From Bdellovibrionia bacterium (GTDB lineage: Bacteria; Bdellovibrionota; Bdellovibrionia; Bdellovibrionales; Bdellovibrionaceae), in contig JBKHVM010000002.1 of assembly GCA_046570065.1 (NCBI GenBank), forward strand, positions 3,967 through 67,966: a stretch of DNA of 64,000 nucleotides, read 5' to 3'. Numbering within the stretch: the stretch's first letter is position 1; each line of letters begins with the position of its first letter. The position numbers were made by a program, and so were the translations under genes. The notes under the pieces were generated by a model, which saw only the letters and a program-made list of their open reading frames with translations, did no database searches and was not told where the DNA came from. This document shows, one piece after another, positions 40,842 through 49,882 of this stretch.

Positions 40842-42353
40842 CTACATCCTTAGCTGCAGCTTGCGACCAATGCGCTTCCAATTGGAAGTAACATTAAGCT
40901 GTCTGACGTCTTTAGATTTGCGATCGTTATATGCTGTTATTGCTGCTGATATTAAAAACACAGGATCATCCACATTCTTAAACATCATTGGTTCTATAAC
41001 CTCAAAGTTCTTTTCAATAAACTGAGTGGTATAGGAGCCGTCTCTAAATTTAGGGTGATCTAGTATAGTTTTGTGAAGAACGATATTTGTTTTAATTCCT
41101 GTTAAAACAAACTCAGTAAGAGCCCGTTGCATGCGTTCAATGGCTTCAGTGCGGTCTTCACCCCAAGTGATAACTTTTGCAATCATTGGGTCATAGTAGA
41201 TTGGCACTTCGTAGCCAGGGTAGGCATAGCTATCAACGCGTAAAAACGGACCCTGCGGGTGACGGCAAGCACGAATAACACCTGGATGTGGCTTGTAGGT
41301 CACTGGATCCTCGGCACAAATGCGGGCCTCAATAGCATGTCCTTTTTGTTTGATATCTTCTTGGCGGAAGCTGAGTTTGTTGCCAGAGGCAACGGAGATT
41401 TGTTCTTTAACCAGATCATATCCAGTGACAATCTCAGTGATAGGATGTTCTACCTGCAATCGAGTGTTCATTTCCATGAAGTAGAACTCTTTTGTAAGGT
41501 TATCGAAAATAAACTCGATAGTTCCAGCCCCAACATAAGAAATTTGTTTAGCAGCGCGAACAGCAGCATCACCCATTTTTAAGCGCACTTCATGTGGTAC
41601 AGAAGGGCTTGGCGACTCTTCGATAATCTTTTGATGACGACGCTGAACTGAACATTCTCGTTCAAAAAGATGAACAACGTTACCGTGAGTGTCACCAAAG
41701 ACTTGGATCTCAATATGCTTAGGGTCATTAATAAATTTTTCGATGTAAACCGTAGGATCGGCAAAATAGTTTTGACCTTCAGAGCGACAGGCTCTGAAAG
41801 AGCTTTCTAGCTCACTCATTTCGCGCACAACACGCATGCCTTTTCCACCGCCACCTGCAGAAGCTTTGATAATAATCGGCAAACCAATTTTTGTAGCAAC
41901 GGCTTGAGCCTCTTCTAGGGTTTCAACTCCACCATCGCTGCCAGGTACGGTCGGAACTCCTGCTTTTTTCATCAGGGCTTTTGCAGAGAGCTTATCTCCC
42001 ATGGCCTCGATATTCTCTGGAGTTGGTCCGATAAAAGTGATACCAGCCTTTGCGCAGGCACGAGCAAAGTGAGTGTTTTCTGAAAGAAAGCCGTAACCAG
42101 GGTGGATTGCATCCGCTCCCGAAATTTTAGCAACCTCAATTATTTTTTCGTAGTTCAAATAACTTTCTTTACTTGGCGAGGGCCCAATGTGATAGGCCTC
42201 GTCCGCAAGAAAGACATGGAGACTGTCACGGTCAGCATCGCTAAATACAGCAACAGAAAGCAGGCCAAGCTCACGGCAGGCTCGAGTGATGCGAATTGCA
42301 ATTTCTCCACGATTTGCAATGAGGATTTTTTTAAACGGCGTTTTAAATTCCAT
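40842..42353 (-). CDS. accC: Biotin carboxylase subunit of an acyl-CoA carboxylase
   Basis: 503 aa. ATP-grasp fold with glycine-rich loop SAGGGGKGMRVV. About 50 aa of C-terminal tail beyond a standard AccC. Confidence 0.93.
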   Translation of the reverse strand: MEFKTPFKKILIANRGEIAIRITRACRELGLLSVAVFSDADRDSLHVFLADEAYHIGPSPSKESYLNYEKIIEVAKISGADAIHPGYGFLSENTHFARACAKAGITFIGPTPENIEAMGDKLSAKALMKKAGVPTVPGSDGGVETLEEAQAVATKIGLPIIIKASAGGGGKGMRVVREMSELESSFRACRSEGQNYFADPTVYIEKFINDPKHIEIQVFGDTHGNVVHLFERECSVQRRHQKIIEESPSPSVPHEVRLKMGDAAVRAAKQISYVGAGTIEFIFDNLTKEFYFMEMNTRLQVEHPITEIVTGYDLVKEQISVASGNKLSFRQEDIKQKGHAIEARICAEDPVTYKPHPGVIRACRHPQGPFLRVDSYAYPGYEVPIYYDPMIAKVITWGEDRTEAIERMQRALTEFVLTGIKTNIVLHKTILDHPKFRDGSYTTQFIEKNFEVIEPMMFKNVDDPVFLISAAITAYNDRKSKDVRQLNVTSNWKRIGRKLQLRM

Positions 42354-42367
42354 AAATATTACCTCGA

Positions 42368-43936
42368 TTAAAGTGGAATATTGCCATGCTTTTTCGGCGG
42401 CATAACATCTTTTTTATTTCTGAGCATTTCTAGAGAGTCGATAATGCGCTTGCGAGTTAAAGCAGGATCAATAACTTCGTCTGTATAGCCAAGCTCTGCA
42501 GAAACATAAGGGTTGCTGAACTTTGCTTCGTACTCGGCAATTAAACGCGCACGCTCAGCTGCTGGATCTGCAGCCTTGTTAATTTGCTCCCTAAAGATAA
42601 TATTCACAGCACCTTCGGCGCCCATAACGGCAATTTCAGCAGATGGGAAGGCTAAGTTCACATCGCTGCGTAAAAGTTTAGATCCCATTACGATGTAAGC
42701 CCCACCGTAAGCTTTTCTTGTGATGACGGTGACCTTTGGCACAGTAGCTTCGGCATAAGCATAAAGTAGCTTTGCACCATGGGTAATGATGCCATTCCAC
42801 TCCTGGTCTTTTCCTGGCAAGAAACCCGGTACATCCACAAAGCTCACAATCGGAATATTAAAAGAATCGCAGAAGCGAATAAAGCGTGCTGCCTTACGCG
42901 AAGCTTCGATATTTAAGCATCCAGCAAGAACATTGGGCTGATTTGCAACAATACCAACAGAGCGACCATTAAATCTTGCAAATCCGACAATTACATTTTG
43001 AGCCCAGTGTTTATGAATTTCTAAGAAATAACCTTCGTCCACACATTCAGTGATCACGTTGATCATGTCGTATGGTTTTTTAGGATTCTCAGGAATCATT
43101 TTCATGAGTCCTTCAACCAAACGATCTGGCTTGTCTTTAGCAGGCAACGCTGGAGCATCGTCTAAATTGTTTGAAGGCATAAAAGACAACAGCTCGCGAA
43201 TTAGGAGCAGGCAGTGTTTGTCATCATTAGCTGCAAAGTGAGCAACCCCAGACTTGCTAGAGTGAGTGATGGCTCCACCCAAGTCTTCTTTGGTTACGTC
43301 CTCATGAGTAACAGCTTTAATTACTTCTGGGCCAGTAACAAACATGTAACTTGAGTTCTTCACCATAAAAACAAAGTCGGTGATAGAAGGTGAGTAAACA
43401 GCACCACCGGCGCAGGGGCCCATAATGGCAGTTATCTGTGGAACCACACCAGAAGCCATAACGTTACGAGTGAAGATATCCGCGTAACCACCAAGAGATT
43501 CAATTCCCTCTTGAATGCGTGCTCCGCCTGAATCATTGATGCTAATAAAGGGAGCGCCATTTTTAAGAGCGAGATCCATCACCTTACAAATTTTATTAGC
43601 TTGGGTTCGCGACATCGAGCCGCCAATAACGGTAAAGTCTTGAGATGAGAGATAAATAAGCTTGCCATTAACACGACCATATCCTGTGATCACACCATCG
43701 CCAGGGACGACATTTTTATCCATGCCAAAATTAGTGCAGCGATGAGTAACAAAACGGTCCATTTCAACAAAGCTGCCGGGGTCAACCAGAATATCAATAC
43801 GCTCTCTAGCTGTGAGCCTTCCATTTTGTTTGTGCTTTGCAATCTTATCGGCACCGCCACCAGCCATAGCTTTTTCGTTGCGACGATCAAGATCACTCAA
43901 TTTTGCTTGCAGATTGTTTGTTGTTTCCAACTCCAT
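42368..43936 (-). CDS. pccB: Acyl-CoA carboxylase carboxyltransferase (PccB / methylmalonyl-CoA decarboxylase alpha-like)
   Basis: 522 aa. Two crotonase-like CT halves. Typical PccB N-terminus (...[30 protein letters not shown]). Confidence 0.93.
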   Translation of the reverse strand: MELETTNNLQAKLSDLDRRNEKAMAGGGADKIAKHKQNGRLTARERIDILVDPGSFVEMDRFVTHRCTNFGMDKNVVPGDGVITGYGRVNGKLIYLSSQDFTVIGGSMSRTQANKICKVMDLALKNGAPFISINDSGGARIQEGIESLGGYADIFTRNVMASGVVPQITAIMGPCAGGAVYSPSITDFVFMVKNSSYMFVTGPEVIKAVTHEDVTKEDLGGAITHSSKSGVAHFAANDDKHCLLLIRELLSFMPSNNLDDAPALPAKDKPDRLVEGLMKMIPENPKKPYDMINVITECVDEGYFLEIHKHWAQNVIVGFARFNGRSVGIVANQPNVLAGCLNIEASRKAARFIRFCDSFNIPIVSFVDVPGFLPGKDQEWNGIITHGAKLLYAYAEATVPKVTVITRKAYGGAYIVMGSKLLRSDVNLAFPSAEIAVMGAEGAVNIIFREQINKAADPAAERARLIAEYEAKFSNPYVSAELGYTDEVIDPALTRKRIIDSLEMLRNKKDVMPPKKHGNIPL

Positions 43937-44010
43937 ATTTACTCCGTGAGTTAAGAGCCATGCTCTTTTTTCGAATGGAAAATGGTATCACGGAGGGAGT
44001 CAGAATCACG

Positions 44011-44049
44011 AAAAACAAGAGACGCAGAGCGGTTATTTTCGCCCTGCGT
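44011..44049 (-). terminator. Intrinsic terminator after the S8 protease gene
   Basis: Minus strand: ACGCAGGGCG-aaaataa-CCGCTCTGCGT followed by CTCTTGTTTTT, 13 nt after the stop codon. Confidence 0.6.
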
Positions 44050-44061
44050 ATTGATGTTACT

Positions 44062-45288
44062 TTAAGGTAGGAGTTCGGTGAGTCTCTTTAAGGCTCGTGA
44101 GGCATCTAAGCGGCCGCGTGTGATGGTTTTAAACTCACGGTTGGGGCTCACAACAACTGATTCTAAAATTGCGCGCTTAATATCATAAGCTGTTGCTTGG
44201 GGGCGAGCGCTCCAGAGGGCGGCAGCTACACCACTTACCAGAGGTGCGGCCATTGATGTTCCATCAAAGTAGGCAGTCCCAGTTGGCACTGTTGAAAAGA
44301 TATTACTTCCAGGTGCGGCTAGGTGCACTGATGAAAAGCCCGAATTAGACCAACCGGCCATGATATCTAACTCTGTGGAGGCACCGACTGTAATCTGCAA
44401 AGGAAGATTAAAGGATGCTGGATATTGGGGGCTGTAATCTATATCCTTACCCTCATTTCCGGCAGCAACAACAACAAGCACACCACGCTGCTCAAGATTT
44501 ACAAAAGCATTGCGAAGCGAATCAACACAGGGGGCGCCACCCCAACTTGCATTAATAATTCTTGCGCCTCGAGAAGCAGCGTACTGAAGAGCTAAAACAG
44601 CGTCTCCCAAATATCCACCGCCGTCATCGGTCAAAAACTGCGCCGACACAAACTTAGCTCGAGGAGCGGCTCCTTTGACGTCTCCAGCATCATGATCAGC
44701 TACGATAGTGCCAGTTACATGAGTTCCGTGTTGAGAGACGGGGCGAGTCGAGGGGGGGCCGCTAAGAAATATTGCACCCGAGTAGTCATCTACAACGCCA
44801 TTTTTGTCATCATCAATCCCGTTGTTGGGAATTTCGTTTGTGTTAAAGGCAATTTGCCTGACAAGCTGAGGGTGATTGACTTCCACATGCGAATCTACCA
44901 CTCCAACAATAACACCTTGGCCATAGTATCCTTGTTGCCAAAGCTCTTGTAAATTGACGCGTTCAACATTCCAATCATCAAGTGACTGTGGTTGCAGCGA
45001 TGGCGAGCTCGCAATTTCAAAAACACGATCGTATTCTACATGGCGAATGGCTGCGAGCTGAGGTTCTATAAAGTTTGTCTTAAAAGACTCAACATTATCT
45101 GCACTCTCGACGGTGAATTCACCGCTCTCCCATTGTACGATGTATCGGCTCTCAATGGTCTGGCCCTTACAAACTGAAGCATCAACATTGCCATTTTCGG
45201 GAAAAACAGAATTTACAGATTTACTGTTGCCACAAGCAGAGAGCGTCAAGGTGCATGCAACGGCAATGAGGAAACGATTAACATCCAT
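44062..45288 (-). CDS. Subtilisin-family (S8) serine protease lipoprotein
   Basis: 408 aa. Lipobox LTLSA|C. Catalytic motifs VGVVDS (Asp), HGTHVTGTI (His) and GTSMAAPLVSG (Ser). Confidence 0.9.
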   Translation of the reverse strand: MDVNRFLIAVACTLTLSACGNSKSVNSVFPENGNVDASVCKGQTIESRYIVQWESGEFTVESADNVESFKTNFIEPQLAAIRHVEYDRVFEIASSPSLQPQSLDDWNVERVNLQELWQQGYYGQGVIVGVVDSHVEVNHPQLVRQIAFNTNEIPNNGIDDDKNGVVDDYSGAIFLSGPPSTRPVSQHGTHVTGTIVADHDAGDVKGAAPRAKFVSAQFLTDDGGGYLGDAVLALQYAASRGARIINASWGGAPCVDSLRNAFVNLEQRGVLVVVAAGNEGKDIDYSPQYPASFNLPLQITVGASTELDIMAGWSNSGFSSVHLAAPGSNIFSTVPTGTAYFDGTSMAAPLVSGVAAALWSARPQATAYDIKRAILESVVVSPNREFKTITRGRLDASRALKRLTELLP

Positions 45289-45382
45289 GTTAACTCCTTA
45301 AAGCGCGTCGATAGGGTCATATAGTTGACGCCATAGCCGACGGGCTCGGTTAACATTTCGGATGACTTAAATTGAGATTAGA

Positions 45383-45404
45383 GTCTGGATTGTGAAATCC
45401 AGAC
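45383..45404 (-). terminator. Hairpin downstream of punA (weak terminator candidate)
   Basis: GTCTGGAT-tgtgaa-ATCCAGAC, 8 nt after the punA stop codon. Only a weak U-tract follows on the minus strand. Confidence 0.35.
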
Positions 45405-45411
45405 CTTAGTT

Positions 45412-46236
45412 TTAGATAAGAGTTACAAACTCAGATAAAAATGACGTAAATTCCTGCTCAACCTTCTTGGCAGTTTCTGTCACTTCATCGTGGGAGAGCT
45501 TCTTTGCCGACATCCCTGCTGCCAAATTAGTAATGCAAGACACAGCGGCAACTCGCACACCGAGATGGTTAGCTGCGATAGCCTCAGGAACTGTAGACAT
45601 ACCGACTGCTTTTCCACCAATAAGCTTCAAATAGCGCACTTCAGATGGCGTTTCGTAGGTAGGTCCACTGACGCCACAATAGACACCTTTGTGATAGCGG
45701 ATCCCCTTGCGGCCAAAGATCTCTTCCATGGTTGCAATAAGCTTTTTATCATAGGCCTCAGTCATGTCTGGAAAGCGAGGACCAAGCTCCTTGATGTTGG
45801 GACCCATTAACGGGTTTGTGCCCATGAGATTAATATGATCTTCGATGATCATAAAATCACCAGCCTGCATGGTTTCGCCGAACCCACCAGCTGAGTTGGT
45901 TAGCACGATTATTTCACAGCCGAGAAGAGCCAATAGGCGAGTTGGAAAAACCACCGATTCCATGCTGTGGCCTTCATAGTAGTGATTTCTCCCCTGGAGA
46001 ATAGCTACATTTTGAGCTCCCACTTTTCCAAAGATTAGATTTCCAGAGTGCCCCTCAACAGTAGGTGGCAAAAAGTGAGGCACTTCAGAAAAGGGAATAG
46101 ACTTTTCGACCTCGACAGACTTAACAAAAGAACCAAGCCCTGAGCCCAAAACAATTCCAATGCGTGGCTTTATAGTGGTTTTGTTTTTTAAAAATTCTAA
46201 AGCATCCTGAAGTTTTTCAATTACATTAGCACTCAT
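45412..46236 (-). CDS. punA: Purine nucleoside phosphorylase (trimeric PunA/PNP-I type)
   Basis: 274 aa. Motifs GIVLGSGLG, NSAGG and VGMSTVPE. Confidence 0.9.
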   Translation of the reverse strand: MSANVIEKLQDALEFLKNKTTIKPRIGIVLGSGLGSFVKSVEVEKSIPFSEVPHFLPPTVEGHSGNLIFGKVGAQNVAILQGRNHYYEGHSMESVVFPTRLLALLGCEIIVLTNSAGGFGETMQAGDFMIIEDHINLMGTNPLMGPNIKELGPRFPDMTEAYDKKLIATMEEIFGRKGIRYHKGVYCGVSGPTYETPSEVRYLKLIGGKAVGMSTVPEAIAANHLGVRVAAVSCITNLAAGMSAKKLSHDEVTETAKKVEQEFTSFLSEFVTLI

Positions 46237-46244
46237 TTTTTACC

Positions 46245-47567
46245 TCAAACTAAAACTTTCCAAACCAGATTAAATTCATCTGGCTTAATGGGTGATATAT
46301 TCACAGAGGACATCAGCATGGATTGAGCAGACTCCAACAAATCTTTGTCCGCACCATGTAGGGTAAACAGCAAATCACCAGTCTTTACAAAATTACCAAC
46401 TTTACAGTGGAATTCTATGCCGGCGGTGGGCTCAATAACATCCAAAACCTGAGCTCTACCAGCTTTTATGAGAATGCCGGCAACACCGATTGCTTCTGAA
46501 TTAAAGCTTGCCAAGAAACCCTCTCTAGGAGCGCGAATCTCAACTTTATTTTTTGGGGTTGGGAGTCTGTCAAGATCACCCCCATGGGCTCTGCAAACAG
46601 CTTTGAATTTTTCTAGAGCTTTTCCATTGCGAAGAACTTCTCGGCACACATTCAAACAGTCGTCGAGATTTTTGTATTTTCCAGACTGGAGAAGCATGTG
46701 AGCTGAAAGTAAGACGCTGAGCTCTCGAGTATCCTCATAGAGATCTGCTCCGTGATTTGAAATATATTTTTTATTTTCTAAGATCTCCACGCACTCTTGC
46801 ACCTCAAGAGCATTGCCTGCAAACCTTCCGAGAGGTTGATTCATATTTGTGATCAATGCAGTCACAGATTTGCCATAGCCTTTGGCAATAGACATGAGAT
46901 TTAGCGCCAGCTCTTCAGCGGCCTCGCGGGTTTTCATAAAGGCACCAGAGCCGAATTTAACATCGAGAACAAGGCCATCAATTCCTTCGGCAAGTTTTTT
47001 AGACATGATTGAGGCGCAAATCAATGGCAAGGACTCTACGGTTGCCGTCACATCTCGCAAAGCATAGATTTTTTTATCAGCAGGACAAATTTCTTTTGTT
47101 TGTCCTATAAAACTAATCTGATAATCGCGAATAATTTGTTTAAATTCTGTCAGCGACTTTTGCGTTGAAAACCCAGGGATGGACTCAAGCTTATCTAAGG
47201 TGCCACCCGTATGGCCCAAGCCTCTTCCAGAAATCATAGGCACGGGGAGGCCGGCAGCGGCTACGATGGGCCCCAAGATCAAGCTAGTCTTGTCGCCAAC
47301 ACCACCAGTGGAGTGTTTATCGACCTTGAATCCCTGAATTGAACTCAAGTCGACAACTTCACCTGAGTGCAACATCGATTTTGTGAGATGAAGAGTCTCT
47401 TGAGGACCCATGCCTTTAAAGAATATCGCCATCAAGAGGGCTGACATCTGATAATCAGGCACCAAGCCCTGTGAGTATCCTAAGATAAACTCGTTAATTT
47501 CTTCTGCAGAAAGGACTTCTCCGTTGCGTTTCTTTTTAATGATCTCAGCTGGTAAAAACGTATTCAT
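46245..47567 (-). CDS. deoA: Thymidine/pyrimidine-nucleoside phosphorylase
   Basis: ATG at 47567, 1 nt after the deoC stop (the ORF track uses GTG at 47582). Motifs DKHSTGGVGDK and TGGTLDKLESIPG. Confidence 0.92.
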   Translation of the reverse strand: MNTFLPAEIIKKKRNGEVLSAEEINEFILGYSQGLVPDYQMSALLMAIFFKGMGPQETLHLTKSMLHSGEVVDLSSIQGFKVDKHSTGGVGDKTSLILGPIVAAAGLPVPMISGRGLGHTGGTLDKLESIPGFSTQKSLTEFKQIIRDYQISFIGQTKEICPADKKIYALRDVTATVESLPLICASIMSKKLAEGIDGLVLDVKFGSGAFMKTREAAEELALNLMSIAKGYGKSVTALITNMNQPLGRFAGNALEVQECVEILENKKYISNHGADLYEDTRELSVLLSAHMLLQSGKYKNLDDCLNVCREVLRNGKALEKFKAVCRAHGGDLDRLPTPKNKVEIRAPREGFLASFNSEAIGVAGILIKAGRAQVLDVIEPTAGIEFHCKVGNFVKTGDLLFTLHGADKDLLESAQSMLMSSVNISPIKPDEFNLVWKVLV

Positions 47568-47568
47568 G

Positions 47569-48225
47569 TTAGTATCCTGCACCAGCAGCTAAGCCTTTGA
47601 CAAGATTGACTCCAGAACTCGTGCCAAGGCGAGTTGCGCCAGCCGCAATTAAGTTTTTAGCAAAGGCAGCGTCTTTAATTCCACCACTTGCTTTGACTTG
47701 TGCAGAATTACCAACAGTGGACTTCATCAGAAGCACGTCATCGATGTTGGCGCCACCGCCCGAAAAGCCAGTGCTAGTTTTAACAAAATGAGCACCTGCT
47801 TGTACCGAGAGTTCGCAGGCAATTCTTTTTTCATCCTGAGTTAAAAGTGAGGTCTCAATAATAACTTTAACAGTTTTGCCCTGAGCTGCCTTTACTACGG
47901 CAGCAATATCGTTTTTGACGTAGTTAAGATCTCCAGACTTGAGCATTCCGATGGATATCACCATGTCGAACTCATCTGCTCCGTCTGCGAGGGCTTGCTG
48001 AGTTTCAAAAGCTTTTACAGCAGTTGCCGTGGCGCCAAGAGGAAAGCCAATGACAGTGCATACCTTTACCTTGGAGTGATTAAGAAGTTTTTTGGCAGAC
48101 TTCACAAATGCAGGGTTGATACAAACAGAAAAGAATTCGAACTCAATTGCCTCGCGGCAAAGGCTCTCAATCTGCTGGATTGTTGTTTCGGGCTTTAAAA
48201 GTGTGTGGTCAATGTAGTGTTGCAC
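47569..48225 (-). CDS. deoC: Deoxyribose-phosphate aldolase
   Basis: 218 aa. Schiff-base Lys motif FVKTSTGF. Class I aldolase TIM barrel. Confidence 0.92.
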   Translation of the reverse strand: MQHYIDHTLLKPETTIQQIESLCREAIEFEFFSVCINPAFVKSAKKLLNHSKVKVCTVIGFPLGATATAVKAFETQQALADGADEFDMVISIGMLKSGDLNYVKNDIAAVVKAAQGKTVKVIIETSLLTQDEKRIACELSVQAGAHFVKTSTGFSGGGANIDDVLLMKSTVGNSAQVKASGGIKDAAFAKNLIAAGATRLGTSSGVNLVKGLAAGAGY

Positions 48226-48312
48226 TCTTAACCTCCAAGTGATTTAATTCTAATAGAAAAAAACATTAGCAATCAAAAAGGTTGTTGTCTCTAGCAAAGT
48301 GAGGCTGTTGCT

Positions 48313-48660
48313 TTGAAAAATTTAGTTATGATTTTAATCACATTGTCTTTTTCTTTTGCCTCAATTGCGAGCGCCCAAGCTCCCTTACAAAGTGCTAAAC
48401 GAAATTCTGCCATCATTTTGTTTTCTAGCTTGGGGGGAGCAATCCTAGGATTGAGCACCCTATCATTTTATGGTGATCCAGAAAATCACACCAATAACAT
48501 TACAACAGGTGCGCTGCTGGGTTTAGCCGTAGGGGCTGGTTATGTGGTCAGCAATAGCAAAAGTGAGGCGGCAGCGATTGAGAATGACTTTGCTGAGCTC
48601 AAAAAAAAGAGCGGGTTTAAGCCCGCTCCAATAGTCCTTAGTTTTAACTTTGATTTTTAA
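48313..48660 (+). CDS. Small exported/membrane Gly-rich protein (hypothetical)
   Basis: 115 aa. TTG start (alternative ATG at 48331). Signal peptide ...SIASA|QA, two Gly/Ala-rich hydrophobic segments, and it ends in ...SFNFDF. The 3' end contains the pilT terminator on the other strand. Confidence 0.4.
   Translation: MKNLVMILITLSFSFASIASAQAPLQSAKRNSAIILFSSLGGAILGLSTLSFYGDPENHTNNITTGALLGLAVGAGYVVSNSKSEAAAIENDFAELKKKSGFKPAPIVLSFNFDF
48601..48628 (-). terminator. Intrinsic terminator of pilT
   Basis: Minus strand: GAGCGGG-cttaaa-CCCGCTC followed by T8, 28 nt after the pilT stop codon. Confidence 0.75.
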
Positions 48661-49760
48661 CCAACCTTGGTTCTTGTTGCCATAGTTGCTTGTGTCACCG
48701 GTCCACCCGCATTGGTCGTTGGATCTGTTCCGGCGGTGCCCAAGAAAGTCTTGGCATCAGCCGCAGTCACTTTGCCTTTTTTAACAAGCTCATCAATGTA
48801 TTTTTCAAACAAGATCATACCTTGAGAGGCGCCGGTTTGCATTGCCGACTGGATTTGGTGAATCTTACCTTCACGAATCAAATTCGCAATAGCCTTAGTA
48901 TTTTTTAAAATTTCAAATGCTGCTACTCGCCCCTGTCCGTCGGCTCTTGAGAAGAGCCATTGAGCGACAACTCCTCTAAGAGATTCGGCAAGCATCGTGC
49001 GAATTTGTTGCTGTTGACCCGCAGGAAAGACGTCAATAATACGATCGATGGTTTTAGCGGCAGAATTGGTGTGCAGAGTTCCGAAGACTAAGTGCCCAGT
49101 TTCTGCAGCCGTTAGAGCCAAGGAGATAGTCTCAAGATCACGTAACTCACCGACGAGCATAATATCTGGATCTTCGCGGAGTGCAGATTTTAGTGCATTG
49201 GCAAAAGACTTGGTGTGAGAACCAACTTCGCGCTGATTGACGAGAGATTTTATGTTGGTATGCACGAATTCAATGGGGTCTTCAACAGTTAGAATGTGAG
49301 CATCTCGAGTCATGTTAATATGATGAATCATAGAAGCTAGCGTTGTAGATTTACCAGAACCTGTCGGGCCTGTAACAAGGATTAGACCGCGATCACAATC
49401 AATTAGATCCAAAATAGTTTGTGGCAATCCTAACTCTTGTGCCGTTTTAATTTTTTCTGGGATGACACGAAACACAGCGGCAAGTCCTTTTCGTTGCATA
49501 AAAATATTGCAACGGAAGCGACCTGTGCCATTGAGAGTGTAAGCGCAGTCTAGCTCCCATTTCTCTACAAAGGATTTTTTTTGCTTTTCAGATAGAATTT
49601 CAAAGATTAGAGCTTGCACTTCTTGATTTGAAAGTTCACGGTAGTTGAGTGGTACCATGTTTCCATGGATACGCAAATATGGAGGAGCTCCGCTTGTAAG
49701 ATGCAAGTCAGAAGCGCCTTGCTCTACCATCAGTTTAAATAATTGGTCTATTTGTGCCAT
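48657..49760 (-). CDS. pilT: Type IV pilus retraction ATPase PilT
   Basis: 367 aa. Walker A GPTGSGKST. A variant (AIANLIREGK) of the PilT-specific AIRNLIRE motif. His box. Confidence 0.93.
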   Translation of the reverse strand: MAQIDQLFKLMVEQGASDLHLTSGAPPYLRIHGNMVPLNYRELSNQEVQALIFEILSEKQKKSFVEKWELDCAYTLNGTGRFRCNIFMQRKGLAAVFRVIPEKIKTAQELGLPQTILDLIDCDRGLILVTGPTGSGKSTTLASMIHHINMTRDAHILTVEDPIEFVHTNIKSLVNQREVGSHTKSFANALKSALREDPDIMLVGELRDLETISLALTAAETGHLVFGTLHTNSAAKTIDRIIDVFPAGQQQQIRTMLAESLRGVVAQWLFSRADGQGRVAAFEILKNTKAIANLIREGKIHQIQSAMQTGASQGMILFEKYIDELVKKGKVTAADAKTFLGTAGTDPTTNAGGPVTQATMATRTKVG

Positions 49761-49882
49761 GAATGAGCTCTCCCAAAAATCTTACTGGAGCTATCGGTAT
49801 AAAATAGGTTTAAATTAATAAGAGCTGGCCCAAAGAAAAAACGAATTAACCTTTGGTCCAGTTAAGATTTCAGGAGTTTAAT

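Noticed and set aside
40830-40885. Programmed -1 ribosomal frameshift joining the biotin carboxylase and BT-BCCP ORFs.
   Set aside because: The 14-codon overlap window contains no slippery X_XXY_YYZ heptamer. The downstream ORF has its own AAGGA-N7-ATG, so independent, coupled initiation is the simpler reading.
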